Shown: positions 12,522-25,024 of the stretch, one piece after another
Layout: the number at the start of each line of letters is the position of its first letter
Numbering within the stretch: the stretch's first letter is position 1
Assembly (NCBI GenBank): GCA_000697455.1
Contig: JNET01028356.1
Span: 1 to 36,933, forward strand
DNA from: Basidiobolus heterosporus B8920
Taxonomy: Eukaryota
Length of the DNA: 36,933 nt
Direction of reading: 5' to 3'
Program-made: the position numbers and the translations under genes
Notes under the pieces: model-generated
What the model was told of the DNA's origin: nothing
The model's input: only the letters and a program-made list of their open reading frames with translations
Database searches by the model: none

Positions 12522-14618
12522 TTAAGCTTTCTTTTGTTTCTTGGCTTTAGCAGCCAACTCTTGCTTTCTTCTCTTAAGCTTGTTGGTTTCATCAGCAGTC
12601 TTGTTCTTGCTGTGTTGGATCTTATTGTAGAGTTGACGTTTCTTCTTGGTCATCATGATCTTGGCAAGTTCCTTGGCTTCAGCTTCTTCCTGTTTCTCCT
12701 TACTGATCTTAGGTACTTTCTTGGCACTCTTCTTGCCTTGCTTCTGTTGATATTCAGAGAAAGCGATGCCAGCAGCTTCAGCTTCGAGTTCCTTTTGATG
12801 CTCGGATTCTTCAGTAGTCATCTGTAGATTTACAAAAGTTAGAAAAATATACAAATCCATAACAGATAAAAGAGTATACTAACAGTAACAGGAGCCTGCT
12901 CCTCATCCTTTTCGGCATCCTCTTCCTCACTATCGTCACTGTCACTATCGTCCTCACTGTTCTCAACATCTTCCGCATTGATATCCTCGGTCTCGCCATT
13001 AAAGCCAGCAGCTTCAGGGACGTAATCACCTTCCTTGTACTCAACGAAGGGAGACAAATGAGGGGGAAGTGAGCTACCAGGAGTGTACTGGTCAGTTGAG
13101 AGAATCTTTTGGGCGTTTATGCAATCATAGATCCATTGTGGTTGGACATAGCTTCTAGACAAAAACATATGACCTTGAGTGGGACGATCGCAAACTTGAA
13201 TTGTGATACGTTCATCATTCTCATCAAATGGTGATCCAGCAGAAACAGAGGCGTCCCATCCAACCTTACCACCAAATGCTTTGATAACAAATTCCAAGGA
13301 GAACTTGGGTACCTCACGAGAGAGGTAAATCACTTGGTTGCAGAACAAAGATTGCAAAGCAGAAAGAGCATTAGAAGCGGCCTTGACGTCGTTCAAGCTG
13401 AACACCTTTCCTTCTTGGTTCAACTCTTCAGGGAACTCGTCGATGGTGTTATCCTCCTCCTTAGCCTCCTCAACTCTAGCCTCAGGAGTAGAATCGTCCT
13501 TAATGTTGGCAATTTTTTGAGCAAGAGAGCCAAGTCGTTTTTCGGATTTCTTGACAGACTATTGATAGTTATATTAGTAAAATGCTGTATTAACTAACGA
13601 AATGATAAAGATGTTTACCTCCTGTACAGGCTTTTCGTTCTCTTCCTGTGGTTCAGAAGTGACTTCCATGCTGACAGTGTTGGTAGATTCCAAAACGTAG
13701 GCATCCAAACCAGCACCACCATCCTCTTTAGATTGGTCGAGTTTGGGGGGATATACAAGGTTCTCGTCGGTATACAATTTATAGTTGACGAATCCAATCA
13801 ATGTTTGATAAAACTCCAAGAAACTATTCATAACTCTGAAGTCGACATCGGTGGGCACATCTTGACTGAATTGGTAAGGAACCAACCAAGAGATGGTTTG
13901 TCCCTTAATTTCGCATTGATAATAGATACCCTTGATCGACAAGAAGACCTTTCTCAAACTGCGGGTTTGCATAACGTAATGCTGGAATTCGGCACTAAGT
14001 CTGCGACACTCTTGTACACTCTGACGTTGAATTTTGTCCGTAGCTGGTGCATTAGCGAACAAGAAAATCATGCATAAGGCATCATCCAAATCTCTGAGAG
14101 CATCAGTGAAGGAAGGATATCTGAAATAAATGAGAGAGGATTATTAAAGTGACTCAACATGAGGGTTCCGGAAAATCTTGAATTACCTTTCTTTGACAAT
14201 ATGATCTAAAGTATACACTGGCTTGTTTTCTTGTAAATTTTTCACAACACTAGTTTGTCCTTTACCAATAGCTTTACCGAGCTTGCGGACGAAAATTTTA
14301 TGATCTCTGAATTTCTGAATCAATGGCTCGTGTAAAAGGTATTGAATATCCTTGGTATAATAAAAGGTAGCAGGTGCGGTGGAACCTTTGTTGGCCTTTT
14401 TCTTGTTCTTAGGCTCTCTAGGATAAATTCCCTTAAGAATACACAGGCGTCTGTGATAAGAGATAAAAGAATGTTGGTTAGTTCAAGCTTCGATGAGCAG
14501 CGATTACTTTACAGTACCTGAAGTCAGCAAGTGTCACTTGAAGCTTCTTGATAGCCTGGTTTCTAGTGATGTAGTTCACGGCGGCCCCGGACTTTCCCTT
14601 TTGCTTAATCTTGGCCAT
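12522..14618 (-). CDS. NOP7: Pescadillo / Nop7 (PeBoW complex, 60S biogenesis); multi-exon
   Basis: Starts [47 protein letters not shown]. Also [16 protein letters not shown], a BRCT domain ([21 protein letters not shown]) and a basic C-terminus. Confidence 0.96.
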
Positions 14619-14942
14619 TTTGTATCTTATTCAAAAGAAAGACGGTAAGCGTGATACTGATAGTAGTATCTAACGTTGGGAAAGCTTTCTTCACTTCGAA
14701 ATATGATAAACCGAAGAAAAAAAAATATTAACCATTCAAGAAAATGATTCACAATCCAATCAAAGGTGACTGGTAAAAAAAAAATAATTCACCTTCGTTG
14801 AATGCAAAAAATTGAACCGAATTCATGATTTAATGAAAAAAACGACTTAATGATCGTTCAGCAGAAATCGGGGATACTTTGCTAGTGATTGCTGGGATTT
14901 CATTTATTTATTTATCAAGTAGAGTATGTGGATGGTTCTGAT

Positions 14943-17900
14943 TTAATTCTTGTTTAATTCCGGTTGAGTTCTGGTGTAAGTCCATTATTGTCGGTGAATT
15001 AAATCATGGTTAGTGCTTTCTAAAACAACCAGCATGCTAATAGAAATTTCTTAATAATATCAGGCAGCGGAGAGATGGGTATTCAATACGTTGACTAAAT
15101 TCTTTACTTGGGCTCGTTTCCGCTGGCTTCTCCACTTTTAAATGAGCCTGGACTGTTGAGAAGCATTCTCATGTGGTCAAGTTCGCGCCTTAGAGTCTCG
15201 TTTTCTTTCTTTAGAAGCTCATTCTCACGAACCACTGAATGGGCATGTAGGTCAAGGTTAGATAGTGTAGTCATCAAATCCACGGTCGGTCTAAGCATAA
15301 ACACTCATGATTAATTATGCCATTGGGTTGATGTAAATGTCATGTGTAATGGTACCTTTGTGAGAGACTGGGTGGAACATAGCTTCCTTTACCTACCAAG
15401 CTAATGTTGGTCCAAAGTTCGCCCATCATCATACGCTGTGCTTCATTCTGGCGGTACATTGTTTCTATTTGATGATGCAAGTTCTCTATGAGCATATGAT
15501 CCATGCGAAGGCCTTGGTCTCGATTAATTGAAGTGTTTGGCGATGAAATGTTGGATGAGGCACTGGTCACGTTCGCGGGATGATATCCTCCCTCCTGGGC
15601 AACTAAAATTCAAGAGATTGATAAGAATAATACACATAAATGCCAAAGAGTTTTACTGACCAACAGGTGATGGTAATTCACTATTGATTCCTGACTGCGA
15701 TGCACTTCTACTACCAGAGGAAAGTTCAAACCTGCCTCTTCTACTTGAAGTGGAGGAAAATGGCTCAGAGAGTGGGACGGTAGTGATAGGGGAATCGACA
15801 GTGAATCTGCTGGCCCGAGTTACTGAAGATTCCCTGGAGAGAGGGGGTGGAATGCAGTCATGTGAATCCGTGCGAGTCATGGGCGATGGTACTGTACTTG
15901 GCGATGAATTGACTTCAAATCTACTCTTTTTCAGTTCGGGGGCTTTAATTTTGATAAAGACAGGCTTTAGTAAAAATACCGGATGATATGTTAAAATCTT
16001 TATGTACCTTTTTTTAAATCCAAAGTGTTGAGCGAATCGGTCGTCACACCAAGACCAACTTTAACGTTTGTTGGTTCAGGTCGAGCGGGAATGTCGCAAG
16101 GAGTAGGTAGTGGTGGTGGAAGAGTTTCTTGTGGAAGAGGCTCACTTCCGGTATCAATAACAAATCTGCTTTTCTTGGTTGAGACAGGTGGAACCGGTTG
16201 AGTGGCCGGTGGGTTTGGTGTTGGGTTTGGTACTAGGTTCGGATTAGGGCCGGCTTGCGGAATTACGTTGTTTGGTGGTTGGTCGACGTGTTGAGGCACA
16301 TGAGAATCATTTTCGGTAATCACAGGAGCCGGGTTGGGTTGGGATTGAGGTTGATCTGCTTCCTTGGTTTCTTCTCCAGGTGCGATGATTGTAACTCTTG
16401 GCCTCCGTTCAACTTCATTTTTAGTGTTGCCATCATCAAATGTAGTAGGGTCTCTTTCCGAGAAATCCCAAGAAACGACCTGAGGAGGGATCACTTGCTT
16501 CGTACTAAGTTCTATTGATCACAATCAGGTTAGTGTTGTCACTAGTGAAAACGTCAAAATGAATGTGAATTACTTTTGCGTTGACGATTCTCCAGAGGTG
16601 GTAGGTTATTAAGAATAGCCGTTAAGAGGTAGTTCTTCTTCTTAGCCTGCTTGAAGAACGAATGTTGAAGGAGCTTTTCAGCAGTAGGTCTATTAAATAC
16701 ATCCCGTTAGATACCACATTGGTTTATTCTTTGAGGTTCAGCACTAAGTACCTTTTTTTGGGATCCTTCTGGAGGCAAAGATCAATCATCTCTTTGAATC
16801 CCTTGGAGTATCTATGTTTTGTGCTATCTCTATCGAGGGTGGGGGGATCATTAGACAGGGTCATCATCAATACCTAAAGCTTTTGAGTTAGCAAGTACAT
16901 TGTATTATTGAATTGTAGATAAATTTACCTTAATGGGTGGGAATTTTGCTAAAGGAGCGTGGCCTGTAGCAAGCTCAATCGCAGTGATACCAAAAGACCA
17001 TATGTCAGCCTTATAGTCATACCCAGCCTATATAGTATTTCGATTTAGTATAAGGATCTAGATGCAGGATACCTTCAGTGAATATTAAACCTGCTCCATG
17101 ACTTCCGGTGCCATCCAACATGGAGTTCCTACAAATGTTTTACGCATTCCTTTGCGTTCACCACCTTCGGAAAGCGAGGAACTAACACCGAAATCGGCTA
17201 AAAGAACAGATCCGGTATCGTCAACGAGCAGATTTCCAGCTTTAACATCCCTTTTAGAATTCATTAGTGGATGGTCTTGACCGTAATCGACCACTATAAA
17301 GTCACTAACCGGTGAATGTGTCCATTTTTGTGAAGGTACTCCAACCCTTGTAAAGTTTGTTTGAGTATAGTCGCAATCGATGCTTCGTCAAACCCATCGG
17401 GATAGGCATTTTTCATTATATCAAGACATGAGCCTATATTCAAAAAGTTATTTCAAGGTAACTAAGGAACTTGGGCAATATGATAATATTACCTCCGGAT
17501 AAATAAGGTGTAACTAAGTATAATTTGGAACCATGGACGAAAGAGCCATAAACACGCAAGACGTTAGGATGCTTACAGAGTGACATAACTTGTGTTTCTC
17601 TCTACATCAAAAAGTTGGTCAAGGAAATGCGGACACTACTGAAAATAATTGAAATCCAGTACTAACTCTGAGTTCATCGATCTGGTTACGTTCAAAGAAG
17701 TCAAGATCTATCATCTTGATGGCAACTTTTCTTTGTAAAGGCTTATATATAGCCATATGTACAACGGCTGAGGAGCCAAAACCTAAAGAATAGGGTATAT
17801 CAGCACAAGCAGAATACTGAGCTACTATAAAAGAAGCGACTTGCCAATAGGGGATAAAATTTCGTAGTCAACTATGTTGTTTGAATAAACCAGATCTCCG

Positions 17901-18031
17901 TATTGGCCGAGGGATGTGGTACTTGAAGCTGAGAAGGTTCTCGTGATTCTAGAGTCAGTGGAGGCATTAGGACGTTCTGAAGTGGATTGTGATTTTCGAT
18001 GTCCAAGCCCATTATATTGCTCTGAATCCAT
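14943..18031 (-). CDS. STE20-family Ser/Thr kinase, OSR1/SPAK/Fray-like, with long disordered tail and C-terminal coiled coil. The 3' end is either 15104 or a short last exon ending at 14943.
   Basis: Motifs [100 protein letters not shown], characteristic of the GCK-VI subfamily. Confidence 0.9.
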
Positions 18032-18651
18032 TGTTGTATACTAGAAAAATAATCAATAGGGACTCAGTGGATATCTACGGTACTTTGTATTCAATGAGGC
18101 AAAGAGTTTAAGAGATTGACAGTAACAATTGTTACTAATCGAAGTAAACAGTTGTAAAACTATAAGCGGAGTAAAATGTTTGCCTATAGTTCGCACTATC
18201 CACCTTATTTAGTAGAATGACGATTCTCTATTCAAACTTGAACAATCCAGAAGTTTATTTATGTTGTATATTACCACTGAGTGTGTCTGCCATGGATTTC
18301 CAGATTCCGCTTAATTTTATGAATGATGTCATAAAAAACACGAAAATTTCGCATTGCTGTAGACACTATTTATGTAATATAACTCCCCAATGAAAATCTG
18401 CTACTACTACAGATGATCACTGTTGCCTACCAGACTCTGTGGATGATGTAACAGTTGAAAAGGTGGCATAATATTTACATTGCATCGATTGATCATTAAT
18501 TATTATAGTGTCTGATATTATACATAAATCATATTTTCGTACAGTGCTTGGGCAACTCCAAAATCATTTTACAAGTCCATCTAACACAAAAGATTAAATG
18601 CTAATAGACGCTATGTTGCCCAAGAAATTATTGGAAATGAACAGGTGACAC

Positions 18652-21600
18652 TCAAAAGGTCTTTCCACTGGAAATTGAGCTTCTGGGTGAGTAATCGTAT
18701 TCTTCAGTCTGGGGACTGTGTAGTTCATCTCCAGTACGCTCAAGAAACTCTGTCATGCTTACGGAGCGAGACCTGCGAGGTGTTTCGTTTTCTTGTGTAG
18801 GCTTCCAAGAAAACGAGCGAAACATATTCATTAAGCCGGAGGCTGGTCTACTACGAGATGTCGCTACAGACTCGGATATATCTGACAGGTCTGTTTGAAA
18901 TTTATCAATCTCATGGGCGCTATCCCCAGCAACAGATTTGCCAGTCATTGAGCGAACAGAACTAAGTAGATGTGTCAGTTTACTGGCCGTATGGGAAGCA
19001 TCTCGAACGGTACGGGTTCGCCGTGTAGACGGAACAATATGCCCACGAAAGCCAAGTGCGGAACCTCCACCCAATGCAGAAGGTACAAAGACAGAGGATG
19101 TGATTGCAGAACTTAAATCACGTACCTCTGTCTCCAAATCATACAAGTGACGGTATGGATTTTGTGGAAGCCAAAGATATCGAGGTAAAGGTCTGATAAG
19201 ATCTGGATGAAGATAAGTCTCATATGGATTGGTATTGTCCTGATAGACTTCTTTGTTAGCAAGGACCGGGATGGCAGGGATTTTTTGGGGATCTATATGG
19301 TGGTGAATACTATTTTCGTGACCAGTATGCTGCCATAGAAGCGAAAGCAAGGGGGAAGACAGTATTTGTTGATGAATTTTTGCCAGTTTTTGTTTGACTG
19401 GTGATTTCATGTCGTGTTCGGTAGGTTTGTACTGAGAATAAGTGCGTGATAACAATGGATAAGAGCCAACAGGTGTTGATTCTGGAGTATTCCCAGGACA
19501 GGTAGTACGCCGTTTTGGTACAGTGATCCCAGTGACATTGGAATCACAATTTACAGGCTCACCAAATTTGCAAGAAGCACTAACGTCTTTAGCTGAGGGC
19601 TTGCTTGAAGTTGCTGTCATCAGGGGAACTGTTGAATCACTTGGGAATATAGAACTGGATTTCTGAGGATGGGATAGATCATAATTCTCGTCCTGAATAG
19701 AGTTAGTGCCAGAGCTTCGATCATGCGTAAAGGTACCAGAACACATCCTTTCGATGGCTTCTTCGCGCTCGTAAAGAGCATCAAGAGGTACATATTTGGT
19801 GTGACCACGATAGGTACTTCGGCATATATACATGAAGTAAATAGTGCACCCTATCAACGGAATCAAAGTCATGGCAGGAGCAAAGGAGTTTTTGAGAGAA
19901 ATCAAGCCTAACATGGTAATTTGAAATATAATCAGACCGTGGCATACATACTGGAAAATATACTTCCAAATTTTGCCGTTTGCTTCATAGCTTTTAACGT
20001 AAGCATAGGCAAATTGATACTTGTAAACAAGAATCGCAATACCGAAGTATATGGTCCCAAAGAATAGAATCAATGGATTGATAATAGAGTATGCAATACA
20101 TATAACCAGGATGAGAATATGCGTTGGAAGATAGTAATAGAATGGAAATGGCCATGGCTTTCTATGGGCCTGTAAGTCACGGGGGGTTTTGGAGACCCAA
20201 GAATTGGCAAAGGCATAGCAATAGAATAAAGGTGCTCCCACTTGAAGAATCTCCAGACCATGTGAACAAGTTTGAAGTATCACGTAATTAATAAAAAACG
20301 CTGCCCCCTTCGGATGATAAAATTAATGTTCCGTGGCATTGTGATAATACCAGAAGTTGTTATGTCGTACCTTTGGAATATGTTCCGCAAGAACCTTGAA
20401 GATGCTGGTAGGAGACTGGATAACTGCAAGGATTACCTTGATAAACGTGTTACCTAGAAGAAACACAAACAACACATTGAAAATCGCAAAGCGATAATAA
20501 CGATTGATGGACGCAAATTCCATTTGTGAACGCGCGGAAAAACTATCAAAAGTGGAAAGCCCTTAAAAAATGTCATAGTTAGTAAAATCTATGAAGGTTC
20601 AAAAGGTCGTGAAAGGAATGATTTAGTAGTACCTAGCATTATGTTTGGCATAGCAATCATGAATAAAGAGATAAGAATCGAAGGTAACATGGTTTCAATG
20701 AGATTCCGAATCCAGGGATTTTCCTTGGCAACGATCTCAAACCACGGTAGTCTTGCGGTGATTTGGTTATATGAGGCGAAACTGATGAAGAATGTCGAAG
20801 GGAATAACCATAAAATTGTGAGAGCCCTAAATCAACGAGTACATTTAGACAGGCTGAGCAATAAAAAACACAACCCTCATATTTGAATGAAACGGATGGC
20901 TTACCACACGCTACAATTTACTAAAAACCTGCGTAGGAGTTTATGTTGTGAATTGAATGTCAGATTGGTCCAGATCAAATCGCGAGGTTCTGGCGCCATC
21001 TTGGTTTTGCATGACTCCGGGGTTGAAGAGATGATACTCTGAGCACACAATTGAGCTGATACTTGTGTTTCAAACGTGATAAATGCCGTGCTAGTTGGCT
21101 TGTAGTAGCTGGCGCTTTCGGTCAAAGAACGTAGCTCTGCTACACGTTGCTCAAGTCTGTTAAATTTTTTCAACAAATAATCGATAGTATTTACAGGCGG
21201 TCCGGTGTTGAAAATCCCTACCCCATGCTTGGGTTGGTATTTGTCAAGCAAGTTACGGTCAATCTGACATATCTGCTCCCATAAATCAAGCGAAGAGATG
21301 GAAGTGTTTACTGTAGGCAATGGAGAGCCCTCCAAGGATCTTTCTTTGTCGGTAATTGATATGATTCTGGCGATTACCTCACTAAGTGTACGAGCCTTTT
21401 CAGGGCTAATACTGGCACTGTCAAATGCCTGGAGTCCTTCTTTTCTCAGTTCAGTAATCAAATCACGAGCTAAACGCATGTGACAACGTTCGAGCTTTTC
21501 TAGTGTACTGTTTCTTCGCTTGATCTTACGACTGAGTTTACCGACCTGACGGACAAATACTACTGAGTTCACACTTCCGGCACCTAAGCTATCGAAATAT

Positions 21601-22281
21601 TCCCGAAGACGTTGCTCGTGTCTAAGAGTCTCTGGAATGTGGGTCACCATTACCGTACGAGTGTGAATACATCCTTTTCTGGCCTGTGACTGCAAGTAAA
21701 GAATACGGAGATACGCCTGGTCACGACTATTTTTGTACAACAGATAAAGGGTGTAGAAAGAAAAGAAATGAGTCATTATACAATGCACCCAAAGCATTTT
21801 CGAGCCATCCGGTACGTTTCTGATCGAGACCTTCTCAATTTCGTCAAGGTGGGTTTGGTCAGCGAAAAAATTCAACGGTAGTACAATTGCTCCAATAATT
21901 ATTGAGCTAAACAACATAAGCTGGAAAGCCATTTTCAGATACCGTATGTACATTGCCGCATCTAGACCAACGTGCGTCAGGTAAAACTCTTCGCTCAAAG
22001 TCAACGTTGTCCATATCCAGCCGAAGGGAGCTGTTGAAGGGAGGGGGGTTGGATTTCTTGAAAATAATTAATATGTAAGTCAATGAAATGAAAAGAGTTA
22101 ATATAAATACTCACTTCTCTAAGTTACATCGTTGGATATAAAGATGCTTGGTTAACTTCCACCTTCGATGAACTTCAAAAGCAGCAAAACTCAATACAGA
22201 CACAGCTGTAGTTAAGGCCAATTGTGTTCCTACACCAACAAGTGTAGACGAGTAGTTTTTGGCTGTATCGAGAGTGGTCAT
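18652..22281 (-). CDS. CSC1/OSCA/TMEM63 family calcium-permeable stress-gated channel (RSN1-like) with a long S/T/P-rich C-terminal tail
   Basis: N-terminal TM from ATG 22281. Motifs VGLDAAMYIRYL, RTVMVTHIP, AFITFETQ, MAPEPRDLIWTNL, YSIINPLILFFG, YKYQFAYAY..YEANGKIW. Confidence 0.92.
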
Positions 22282-23248
22282 GATGGCATTCTATATGCTC
22301 AGTTTCAGAGCGTCTTGTATTCAAAGGAGGAAATTAGTTATCAAATTAAAGCCTTCTCTACGTATTCAGACTAGCAATCTAAGATGATAGCCTTTTCTAT
22401 GTAACAAGGAAAATTGAGGAGAAAAGATGGAACAAGCGTGTTTCTTTAGTATTTAATGGTATTGACGATTAGGTAAGCTATAGAAGTAACAGTAGCTAGC
22501 TTCAATTGTACAAGATATCTAATAAAGTGAAGAACAACTGAAACAAAAACCTGTCAACAAGCTACTTGTAGTAGACCGGGAATGACATTGTTATTGGCTA
22601 TTTTTAGGATCATGACCGCCACCATAACTATGACATCCGAATACGTTAAAATGGTGTCTTTCTGGAACATAGGATGGACAATCACTATTATATGAGGTGA
22701 AATGCAAACAGAGCAAAAATGCATATATTCTCAAACGTAGCCAGTGCCATTGTCTTGGCATCATAGATTGTTTATGGTGATTGCAATCTTTGTAGTATAT
22801 TGTGCTAAATTGTCTTAAGCTAGTTACATACCCTATCTTGGCATGAACCATCTCTTGAGATACGCCTGATTACCAATTAAATTCACATTAATTTTGGTGT
22901 AATAAATAAAACTTTATTCATCTGAACTCTAAACGATAGGGGCCAATAGAAAGGGTCAAGAGCTTGCTATTTCCAAATTTAGATAGCGTTTAATTCCGAA
23001 GCCCGTCTTGGTCTATCTAGAATATTTCTAGGAGGTAAAGTATTCCAGAGCAAATTGTTCCTGTTCCATTGATCTATATTCTCCAATTCAATGTTTGAGC
23101 TATAGATTCAAAGTTCAGATAATGCTCTCATAACAATCATTAAGATTTCGAGTAATTAGAAATACAATACTTAAGTTTGTCTAAATGATGAGTAAGTTGC
23201 TAGTACAATTTTTATTCTTTAAAGATTAAATCCTGAAGCCTAAAGAAT

Positions 23249-24565
23249 TTATTCGGCCTTAAGGGTTTCCAAGAACTTCTTGTTAGCGGGAGTGTGAACC
23301 TTCTTGGCGGCCTTCTTCTTACCAAGGATTTCAGCACGCTTGACAACCTTGGCGTAAGGGTTCAAACGGATCATGACACCGTTGTTGCGAAGAGGGTTCT
23401 TCTTTTGGGCAACAGCACGCTTTTGGTGCTTGGTACCGGCAGCACGGCAAACGGATTGGATCTCGTCAGAGTTGATGATACGAGTAACATCAGGGTTGGA
23501 GATGATGTGGGAAGGAAGAACGTAGTCCTTCTTCAAGGAAGCAGACTTCTTGTAAGTACCGAAGAGGGAGTCCAAAAGCTCGAAAGCACCTTGGGTCCAG
23601 ATGATGAAACGACCAAGATGAGCACCAGGAGCCAATTGAAGAAGGTTAAGGCGACGGACGTTAACCAATTCAACACCGGGAAGGTTACGGAAGGCACGGA
23701 CAATACCGTTGTCTTCGTTGTAAACAACGAGAGGACCACGACGTTGTCTGTGACGACGGTTTCTGAGCTTACCCTTACCAGCACGGATCTTACGGGAGTT
23801 GGCAACCTTGACAACATCGTTATAAGCGTTAAGGGCCTTAAGGAGGGCGACAGCGGCCTTGGTCTTGGTGAAAGACTCAACAGCGTTGGCAACAACAAGA
23901 GGAATTTCCTCAATTTGTTCAACACGGTGACCACGGGCCAAAACCAATGAAGGAATGGCAGAAGCAGCCAAAGCAGAGGCAGTGGCGAAACGCTTCTGGT
24001 TCAAGTTGGTCTTGACGTGCCACTTTCTCCAGACCTTGGTAGGGGCGAACATACGACCACCACGGCACATGTTACCGAAGGCAGCTTGTCCGGAACGGTG
24101 AGTACCACCACCACCGACACGAGGAATACGAGCAACGGCACGACCAGTACCCCAAGATTCAGCAGAGGTTTGGTGACCGGCCTTGACGGAGACAGCGTAA
24201 GCTTGACGCTTGTTCTTGGCCATGTTGGTGTGAACGAACTTCACGACATCAGGACGAATAGGGGCCTTGAAGACGGCGGGAAGGGTCACGGTAGCAACGG
24301 AGCCGTTTCCGGCTTCGGAATAGACGTTAATGACGGGTCTAGCAGCCACAGACTAGATAATCAAGAGTAAAGAGTAAGAATCACTTCTGTTGAAACGATA
24401 ATATGAATTGTATGATGATTCCAGAGTTATCCCATTCACAAAAGTTGTGATATACCGGGATCCAAATGACACAGTAATGTGAGGATATCCGGATATTATC
24501 AACAATGGATGGGTGGGACCAACGTTAAAGATTCAATGAAATATAAAAATCAACAAACGTACCAT
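23249..24565 (-). CDS. RPL4: 60S ribosomal protein L4 (uL4); exon 1 is the ATG only (24563-24565), intron 24353-24562, exon 2 24352-23249
   Basis: ATG|GTACGT...TTATCTAG|TCT GTG GCT. Motifs [42 protein letters not shown]. Strong codon bias. Confidence 0.98.
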
Positions 24566-25024
24566 CTTTAATCCACTAGGATGCGAAAGAGAAAGAGAAT
24601 ATCTAATATTTTGTCCTTGATATAGTTGATTCAGTGCGATCCTGATTTCAGGGTTCATGTATCATTTTTTACTCACCCTATTTCTGAGAACTGATTCTGT
24701 ATCCGTGTTCTCTGATTTTGCAATATTTTGATTTCGATAATAGACTGAATAATTCACTGAGCAATTCAAAGAAAATAGAAGTATCCATGCAATTAAAATT
24801 CAACAAGCTAGTGGATTTTAGCCCATATTTTAATGGTTAGCCTGTACTAACATTATTGACGCAGAAATAGTTTATTCTGAGAATACAGGTAACGTAAGGT
24901 CATATGGATAGATCCATCTGAGTAGGGGACAGTATTAAAGGCTATTTGACAATAGTTATGTACCATAAAGGCTCTTCTTCATATCAACCGACACTGCGTA
25001 CACTAAACCTTTCCAATACTCAAC

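Noticed and set aside
22591..22851. 86-aa ORF between CSC1 and RPL4
   Set aside because: Atypical composition, no motifs; probably promoter or UTR sequence.
23294..24370. Long antisense and alternate-frame ORFs over RPL4
   Set aside because: Explained by strong codon bias of RPL4.
24412..24418. ATGATGA box C-like word in the RPL4 intron
   Set aside because: It is on the strand antisense to the host gene and has no CTGA box D at a plausible distance.
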